A program made the position numbers and the translations under genes. From contig OZ024745.1 of assembly GCA_964016885.1 (NCBI GenBank), positions 7,254,001-7,318,000 of the forward strand: a DNA stretch of 64,000 bases, written 5' to 3'. Numbering within the stretch: position 1 is the stretch's first letter; every line of letters begins with the position of its first letter. Source of the stretch: Eledone cirrhosa. Taxonomy: Eukaryota. Shown here piece by piece: positions 56,037 to 64,000 of this stretch. The notes beneath the pieces are model-generated. The model searched no databases. It was not told the DNA's origin and worked only from the letters and a program-made list of their open reading frames with translations.

Positions 56037-56101
56037 ATAATAATAAAATTGAAGACTAAAATCCAAAGAGGGCTCGATAAGGAAAATATATATCAAATAT
56101 A

Positions 56102-56161
56102 TAAGCATCCAACACCAATTATATATATATATATATATATATAATTGGTGTTGGATGCTTA
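56102..56161. repeat. Perfect 60-bp palindrome: TAAGCATCCAACACCAATT-(AT)11-AATTGGTGTTGGATGCTTA
   Basis: 19-bp unique arms around a self-complementary (AT)n centre. Confidence 0.9.
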
Positions 56162-56219
56162 AAACGTCCGTATGCAGTAGGGCGTATGAGCACCCAATGC
56201 CCTCATAGAGCACAGTATG

Positions 56220-56506
56220 ATATCACAGAAAAAAAGAGAATCAGTGTTGCGACGAATGGAATTTATTGAACATATTATAATCGTTTCTCTGGCGACCAGC
56301 TCGAGGTACGATCGATGAGATGATCGAACCTGACTCTGAAAATCGCAAGGTCCTCAGATACGTCTTGATTCTACGAAGCAGATTTTCTTAATAGGAAAAT
56401 CTGCTTCGTAGAATCACATCGATCGTGCCTCGAGCTGGTCGCCAGAGAAACGATTGTAATATGTTCAATAAATTCCATTCGTCGCAACACTGATTCTCTT
56501 TTTTCT

Positions 56507-56513
<7 letters not shown>
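56220..56513. mobile_element. Head-to-head inverted duplication of a ~170-bp hammerhead-bearing PLE-like pseudo-LTR
   Basis: Arms 56220-56317 and 56417-56513 pair, as do 56367-56387 and 56395-56415. Centre near 56391 with almost no spacer; the right arm lacks ~50 bp. Confidence 0.8.
56270..56363 (-). ncRNA. Degenerate copy of the extended-stem-II hammerhead ribozyme
   Basis: ACGTAT-CTGAGGA-[long hairpin]-GAAA-CGATTATA-ATATGT; differs from the 56715 copy at N7, position 10.1 and stem III. Confidence 0.5.
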
Positions 56514-56588
<75 letters not shown>

Positions 56589-56618
56589 TATCTTCTGTTT
56601 CAGTCTATTCCTAAATCT

Positions 56619-56664
<46 letters not shown>

Positions 56665-56670
<6 letters not shown>

Positions 56671-56863
56671 ATAAGAAACGGAGAATCAGTGGTGCGACGA
56701 ATAAAATTTATTGTACATATTACAATCGTTTCTCTGGCGACCAGCTCGAGGTACGATCGATGCGATGATCGAACCTGACTCTGAAATCGCAAGATCGTCA
56801 GATACGTCTCGATTCTACGAAGCAGAGTTTCCAAAAAGAAAGGATAGGGACACAAAAATAAAG

Positions 56864-56868
<5 letters not shown>
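56665..56868 (-). mobile_element. Single copy of the same PLE-like pseudo-LTR, between (TA)n tracts
   Basis: Closely similar to 56222-56387. On the minus strand AATAAA follows the ribozyme; (TA)n lies on both sides. Confidence 0.75.
56715..56807 (-). ncRNA. Type I hammerhead ribozyme candidate with a ~62-nt stem II
   Basis: Stem I ACGUAU/AUAUGU; core CUGACGA; stem II UCUUGCGAU...GUCGCCAGA with further nested pairing; GAAA; stem III AC-GAUU-GU; GUA cleavage triplet (cut between 56721 and 56720). Confidence 0.65.
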
Positions 56869-56950
<82 letters not shown>

Positions 56951-57129
56951 GAAGTTATATTTAATTTGTTGGGATACAACAAGCAAATATTTTTATAACT
57001 GATATAAAGCACTCAACAAATTTTTGGACCATAATTTGCTTTGGTGTCCTTGAAATATGTATAATGAAATAAATATGGTTTTATAAATATAATTTCCATT
57101 TGTTAATATATTATATATATATATATATT

Positions 57130-58860
57130 TGTTCTTTATTTTCGTGTCCTTTCTTTCTATTTGTATGTCTGTCTTTCATTATGTTTTCTGTTTCTTTCTT
57201 CTTCCTCCGTAATATACTATTATCTTTAGTTAGCTTTATGTTCCTTCTTTATCGATATTCTTCTCAATCCTTGCTTAATACATATTTCTCATTGTTCATA
57301 AAACTTGTATTGTTGTATTCAGTTTTTCTCATCTTGTGTGGAGTCATCTTCATATTATGTACATTTTTTGTTTGAGTCCATGTCATATCCTGTTTGTTCA
57401 TGTCCGTTCATCTTTGTTGTTCAATTCTCCAGCTAATATCTATAGTTTCCTTCTGTTACATTCTACTTTCATCTCATTGTCTTGTTAATTTCATCAGATA
57501 TAATCTGTCAGCCTCGCATTTCGCTTGGAATTTTATCTTTTAATCTTTCCTTATATTATGTCTATTGAATAATCTTGTTATTTCATTGAACGTTCCAGTA
57601 TTTTCTGAATATATGCGGTGATATTATTTGCTGCTCACATACTTTTATTAGAATTAAATTCTTGTAATGTTGCTGTTGTCATCTCCATTCTTGGTTCTTT
57701 GACATGAAAAGAGGATTCTTATGATTTCACTTTTGTTGTAGTTCCTTTCTGAATGTTGTATATTTAGTCTCATTCATCCATTGATAGACATCGTGTTAAG
57801 TAGTGTTTCTATGTCCTCATGTGAAGTCATCCCTTGTATTATTTATGTTTCATTGCCATTTTTTGTTTCCTTTTCTTTGCTTCTCTTATATTCTACTTTG
57901 ATCTTATTATGTGGTCATTTTCTTCAGTTATAATCTCTCAGCCTCATATTTAGCTACAACCTTTGTCTCTTCATCGTTGGTTCATAGCGATTTCGGAATA
58001 TTTCCTTAGACACTTCTTGGGGTTTCAATCTATCCACATATCTGTAAATAACTTATTCAATGTAGTTAGTAGTATTTGCTATACATGTGTAGTTGTATTA
58101 TTTTATCTCCCTAATTCATTCTTATTTCAAGTAAAATCCTGTAATTTTACTGTTGTTATTTTCTTAATCTTCATTATATTTTTATATTATCTGTTGTTGC
58201 TTTAATCATTAGTTGCTTTTATTTGTATTTCTCTTTAATCCATTTTGTCTTCCTTCTTATATCTGTGCGTGATCTTTTCTTTCTCTTACCGTATTTCTTG
58301 TGTCTTCTTGTTTTCCTTCGTGTGTTTTCTAGTTTCATCTTATTTTCTATTTATCTTTCTTTGTCATACAGTTTGTCCATCATAGTTTTTGTTATCTCAT
58401 CGTTACGTTAGATCATGTTAGATCCTCTTTGTTTTTCTTTGTTGATATCTATGTCTTCTGGTTTTCTTCTGAGTCTCAGGTTTTGTCCTCTTTCTGTGTT
58501 ATATTGTGTCTTCATTTGTTTGAGATTTTCCTCCTCAACCTTGCTAATGTTACATTGGAAGACAGTTCTTACAATTTTGTTTTTGTCATTGTTCATTTGT
58601 CAGAGATGTTTTATAATAGCTATATTCTTGTTATGATAGTTTGTCGTTGATTTAAATTTAATTTTTTATATTATTTACATGAAGTCATGTTTATCTTTCA
58701 ATGTTGTCTTCCATTTTTTTTTCAGGTTTTCTTAGCCTTTTCCTTTTGTTCGACTTCCATTATTGGAATATCTTGTTTTTTGTCTTGCGTATTGTTTATT
58801 CCTTCCTTTGTTCTAATTTTTTCTCCATCCTTGGTTAATTTCTTAAAGAAGAGATAGCTT
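57130..58860 (-). pseudogene. Strongly strand-biased (A-rich on minus), frame-broken coding-like region; probably a decayed retroelement ORF
   Basis: About 1.7 kb of T-rich plus strand with only short K/E/N-rich minus-strand ORF pieces. No diagnostic motif recognised. Confidence 0.3.
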
Positions 58861-59344
58861 ATCATATATTTAGAGAGAAATACCTTATATGATCACCGGA
58901 AATTTGAAGACGTGTATATACCTATCGGAGTATGTTGCTTAGAAACAGTCGTCTGCATGTGTTAGTTCCTCCAGTTATTGTTCTTGTTTTGGTGTCATGT
59001 AAGGAAACCATACATATAATGACAACACGAAGAGACATAAACACAAAAGAAACGCATTGAAAAATTATTGAAACAGAAAACAGAAGTGAAATTAAAGGTG
59101 TTATTATATATTAGCGCCTGTTTTGAAAATGAAAGACAATATTAATGAAACTAAAGATGTTATTATTTAAATTGGAATTGACTGAAAAATAATGGCTAAT
59201 CATTGAATTTCATAGAAAAGTAAAATAAATATTGTTTGTTATTTGAATAAATGCGTCTGAGGGAAGATTGTTTGAAGTGAAACAAATGAAATGAAATTTT
59301 ATCTATGAAATCGGACGCCATATCTTTAGAAGAATGCCTATAAT

Positions 59345-59450
59345 GGTTTCTGATTTAGGCACAAGGCCAGCAATTTTAGTGAGGGGGAAAGTCGATTAAA
59401 TTGACCCCAGTGCATTACTGGTACTTTATTTTATCGACCCCGTAAAGGCC
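59345..59450 (-). mobile_element. 3' half of the tRNA-derived SINE
   Basis: TTTCTGATTTAGGCACAAGGCCAGCAATTTT...GACCCCAGTGCATTACTGGTACTTTATTTTATCGACCCCGTAAAGG. Confidence 0.8.
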
Positions 59451-59727
59451 ATAAACATAAACTCTATGCTTTCATAAACTCTATGCTTTCTGATGTTAGT
59501 GCCACTTTTAATTATCTCCCTTTCATCAGTCAACTTCGTAGTATATGCAAATGAGTAATTTCGTTCTTAGAAAAATTCCTTTATTCAGGGGAAAAAGCTT
59601 TTAGTATTCCTTTTGTGTTGAGAATGGTCACAGGCAAATCGCACCTGTCAAGTTTATGAATAATTATTTTTTTCTTTTTTTCTGAAGAATTTTTCTACGT
59701 CCATCCCAAAGTTAGCCCTTTGTTCAA

Positions 59728-59921
59728 CACACACATATGTGCGTATATACGTACATACACACACGGGCATATGTAGGAATATATAGGCACACACCATCAA
59801 TCACACACCCATGTACAAATACATCCACATACATACACAAAAACATATAGAGACACATATAAAAACACACATACACATACGTACACACACGAATATGTAC
59901 TCATACCTCCACATGGGTATA

Positions 59922-59955
<34 letters not shown>

Positions 59956-60297
59956 CATACATATACATATACACACACATACAAACACACATATATATAT
60001 ACACACACACATATATATATATATATGTATATATATATACATACATATACATACATACACATACATACATATACACACATAAAGATACATAACTAAATAT
60101 ACATATATACACATACACGCACACATACACACACACACGCGCACGTGTATACACACACACACATATACATATGTCCGTATATATACCTCCGTTCACACAT
60201 ACATGCATACACACACACACATACACACATACATCTCTATATATATACACATATAGGGAGAGGCATACACACACACACACATACATATATATATATA
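59728..60297. repeat. Compound (CA)n/(TA)n/(CATA)n microsatellite
   Basis: Seen directly. Confidence 0.92.
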
Positions 60298-60962
60298 AAC
60301 GTTTGAATATGTGTAATAAAGCCAAAACAATGCAGGTATGGACATAGAAAAAAGAATGCAATTGCAAAAGATATTGTTGACAATTCGTCTTTTACCTTAG
60401 ATTTATTTTAAACGTCCTTAATTTTCGAGATAATATCTCTTCTTCAGAGGGAAATAAAGGTCTCAAACCAGCGTTCTAAATATCTTGCCAAGCCATGCTG
60501 ACAGGAAATAGTATAGAGTATCTGTTCTATCTCTAATGTGAAAGAGTTAAAATTAGGTGGATAAAGAGTAGTCTCCCTTTAAAAGGGGTTTGTTTAGGGT
60601 TTTTTTTTTTATATACATGCCTGTTTAAGTGTGTGGGAGAATGCATGAAGGTGTAAGTATGTGAGTGTGTGTGTGTGAGTGTGAGAAGATAAGTATATTC
60701 GTAAATGTGGGGGATAGGTGTTATCTGGTGTTAGAACTGGTTTTGTGTGTGTATGTGTGAGAGAGAATAAGTGGAGGTGTAAGCGTGTGTGTGTGTGCGT
60801 GCGTGTGTGTGTATGGGGTGTGTAAATATGGGGCCAGAAGCCCTATCAGGTTATAAATTGGGTGTTGAGTTCTAGTATATTATTGATTGGTGGTTGTGTT
60901 TTAGCTATAATTAGTGCTTCCTTAATTCTAAGATTGCCGAGGTTTCTTTCCTTAGTTTCTAT

Positions 60963-60965
<3 letters not shown>
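60298..60965 (-). mobile_element. 5'-truncated PLE: GIY-YIG C-terminal tail (60846-60965) plus a 3' region with a hammerhead
   Basis: [39 protein letters not shown] fits the PLE endonuclease end L.IKEAL.I....P.IN. Bounded by microsatellites. Confidence 0.75.
60416..60450 (-). ncRNA. Minimal type I hammerhead ribozyme of PLE type
   Basis: CCU-CUGAAGA-A-GAGAU(AUU)AUCUC-GAAA-AUUA-AGG: 3-bp stem I, 5-bp stem II, palindromic AAUU stem III, UUA triplet. Confidence 0.65.
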
Positions 60966-61020
<55 letters not shown>

Positions 61021-61117
61021 TATACATATACATATATGTACACATAAACACATACAGACACATACACACATATACACATACATATACACATACATATATA
61101 TCTATATATATATATAT

Positions 61118-61156
<39 letters not shown>

Positions 61157-61218
61157 CATACACATACACATACACATACAAGTACATACATACACACATA
61201 CATACATACACATACATG

Positions 61219-61274
<56 letters not shown>

Positions 61275-61365
61275 CATACATATACACATACACACACATA
61301 CATACACACATACATATATACACATATATATGCGTACACACGAGCACATAAAGACATATATACAT

Positions 61366-61402
<37 letters not shown>

Positions 61403-61549
61403 CATATACACATACATCTACATACATACATACATATATACATATACAGAAACATACACACATGTACACACATATATACATATATGCACACACATATATA
61501 TAGGTACATACATATACATACACACACACATAAACATATATATCTATCC

Positions 61550-61584
<35 letters not shown>

Positions 61585-61637
61585 TATATACAAACATGCA
61601 TATACATACATATACATATACACATATATACACACAT

Positions 61638-61698
<61 letters not shown>

Positions 61699-61818
61699 TA
61701 CAAACATACACACATCCATACATATATATACACACACACACACATACACACACCCACATACATATATACCCACACGTACATACATCCATACATACCTACA
61801 CACATATATGTGTGTGTC
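60966..61818. repeat. Compound (TA)n/(CA)n/(CATA)n microsatellite
   Basis: Seen directly. Confidence 0.95.
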
Positions 61819-61904
61819 TCACCGTTCACTCAGATATTCATGTGTATACATAAGAAGAGGGGGGGGGGGGGTAGTGAAATGGAATTTTACCTCCGAGTGT
61901 TAAT

Positions 61905-63236
61905 TCATTTTTTCGTGTTCAGTAGTGGTTTAAATTTTTCAATGAAGAATTCTTCTTTATATCTGCGGAAATGTTCGTTATCCGACCATATCTTGAAGAA
62001 AGGGAAGATTGTGAATTTTCCCTTCCCGCATGATGCAAAGTGTGCGCTACATGTGGTATTTCTGACTGTGGGGTCTTTAATTTGTTGTTTATGTACCCGG
62101 ACTCTATCATGTAATCCCGTTCCGGTTTCCCCAATGTAATACTCTTTACACTGTGGACATGTTGCGCAATATATTAGGTTTTTCATTTTGCAGTTCATGT
62201 TAGCATTGACCTTGAAATTATCATGGTTTTTGAAGGACAACTGTTTGCCCTCTTCGATGAGTTCACAGGTTCCACATCTAGGGTCCCCGCATTTCGTCAC
62301 TTGCATTGATTCCATGTTGGTCGTAAATTTTGCCTTGGTAATTAGTTTTTTACGGTTGGGTGCTTGGCATCTGCTATAAATTATCTGTGTGTTTTTTAAG
62401 AGTGCATTCATTTTGGTAGATTGCTGTAGAATCGGGAGATACTGCTTAGCAGTTTTCACAATGTTGATGTTCCCTGGGTTGTGAGTGATGACAAAAGAGA
62501 TAGCAGGGTTTTCTTTTTTATGTTGTGGGTTTGGTTTTCTCAGTGTTGTTATTGGGATGTTCTTAGCCTTGGAGATGGCTGCGTTGATGAGTTTCATCGG
62601 GTATTCTTGTTTTTTAAGGAATTTTTTCAGGTCACATAATCTTTTTTCTTGTAGTACGGGGTGTGTTGCTATAGTGCGCCTTGCCATGTTGAAGGGAATG
62701 TTCCTTTTCGTATGTGAGGGGTGTGCTGACCGGAAATTTAAGTATTGGTGTGTGTCAGTGGGTTTGCAAAATAGGTCCGTTATGATATTTTCCCCTTCTT
62801 TAATAATGAGGATATCTAGAAAGGGCAGTTCCTTTTCGTTACATTCCATAGTGAATTGTATAGCTTTATGAAGCCTGTTTAGGATCGAATAAAATTTGTG
62901 TAGGTCTGTTTGGCTTCTGTTCCAGAAGATGAAGCAGTCATCTAGGTAACGTTTCCAGTTTTTATTAATGTAGAAGGCGAAGTCGTGACTGAATGTTATC
63001 TGTAGTTGGGAATATAATTTTGCCTCTAAGTGACCCATAACGAGCGTTGCATATGTAGGGGCCACATTGGTACCCATGGCTGTTCCTTTTATTTGTAGAT
63101 AAAGTTCGTTGTCAAAGAGGAAGTGGTTGTTTTCCAATACTAATTTAAGTCCTTCCAAGATGAATTCTTTGGGGAATCTTTCTGAAATGTGACTTGAGTG
63201 TTTTGTAATCCAGAAGTCCACAGCTTCAATCCCTAT
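61905..63236 (-). mobile_element. 5'-truncated PLE ORF (RT C-terminal half, Cys-rich linker, GIY-YIG endonuclease), Neptune-like
   Basis: GTAMG, RYLDDCF, PFLDI, KPT, SAHP..KRNIPF, CGDPRCGTC, NLIYCATCPQCKEYYIGETG, R...H, KEEFFIEKFKPLLN. Open for 443 codons; the first 30 aa of the track ORF come from microsatellite. Confidence 0.92.
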
Positions 63237-63278
63237 ATATACACACACATACACACACACACAAACATACATACGTGA

Positions 63279-63309
<31 letters not shown>

Positions 63310-63310
63310 C
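63237..63310. repeat. (CA)n/(TA)n microsatellite between the PLE and RTE fragments
   Basis: Seen directly. Confidence 0.9.
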
Positions 63311-64000
63311 AGACAGATGGTATCAAATACTAAGGCATACCCCGGGGAAGAATGTACCCCACAGCATAGGTTAGTCATTAGTGACATCTCAGTAAGCAAG
63401 AGACAGAATGAGACATACAGGAAGGTGTGGAGAAGAAAGGTTTGGAAGCTAAAAGACCTTTCACTAAAATATAAATTTAGGAAAGCCCTTCAAGATGTGT
63501 ACGACAAAAAAGAAGACGATTTAGAGTCGTATGACATAGATGATAACTGAAATTTCTTACGTGACAACTTACTGCAGGCTACTGAAGAAATATGTGGCTG
63601 GGGCAGAGCTCCAATCAGACAGAAAGGGCCATTAGAGACAGAAGACTAGCATGGAATGCTTGGAAAAATGGTGGGAGTAGAGAAGGATACACAGCCGTTA
63701 AGAGATAAGCTAGACATCAGGTGTACTTAGCACGCATGGAGGATGAGAGTAGGAGGTTTGCCAATGTTCTGCAACGGGAAGATCAGAGGCGTGCGGTGTT
63801 CCGCTTTGCAAGGCAGAGTGTCAGTGCAAATCAGGATGTTATTGGAGATAAGTGTGTCCGGAATGATGCCGGTGTACTTAGTGTCACGAATGATCAAAAG
63901 AAGGAGGCCTGGAAATGTCATAATGAGAGACTGATGAATGTGGAGAACGAATGGGAGAGAGAGAAATTATCCCCAGTAGATCCGACAGAGGGACCAGTCA
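63311..64000 (+). mobile_element. Decayed, 5'-truncated RTE-clade LINE (APE C-terminus and linker), continuing past the window end
   Basis: KAYPGEECTPQHRLVISD...KVWKLKD, LLQATEEICGW, AWKCHNERLMNVENEW; in-frame stop and frameshifts. Confidence 0.8.

Overview
Eukaryotic, repeat-dominated genomic DNA. It is probably from an octopus or other cephalopod, inferred from the SINE families, giant (TA)n/(CA)n tracts and LINE types; I cannot confirm this without a search. Layout: a 40-bp minisatellite with higher-order repeats (1-26138); AT-rich DNA with SINE remnants and two or three candidate minus-strand exons (26.1-36.7 kb); a 48-bp minisatellite apparently derived from a dispersed SINE-like repeat (36.7-44.1 kb); about 5.7 kb of almost pure (TA)n, then a 200-N gap; a Tx1/L1-clade LINE with uninterrupted ORF1 and ORF2 (50.9-55.95 kb); and a nest of Penelope-like element (PLE) pieces plus an RTE fragment inside TA-rich microsatellites. 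Most ORFs in the supplied track are repeat artefacts. The best leads are three. (1) ORF2 of the Tx1 element is bracketed by a consensus splice donor overlapping the ORF1 stop and a good acceptor just before the poly(A) signal, predicting a spliced ORF1-only mRNA. (2) Several hammerhead-ribozyme motifs, including a type I fold with a ~60-nt stem II, sit in small TA-embedded elements, one forming a head-to-head palindrome. (3) Unrelated retroelements repeatedly end at (TA)n. All structures and splice events were derived by eye and are untested.
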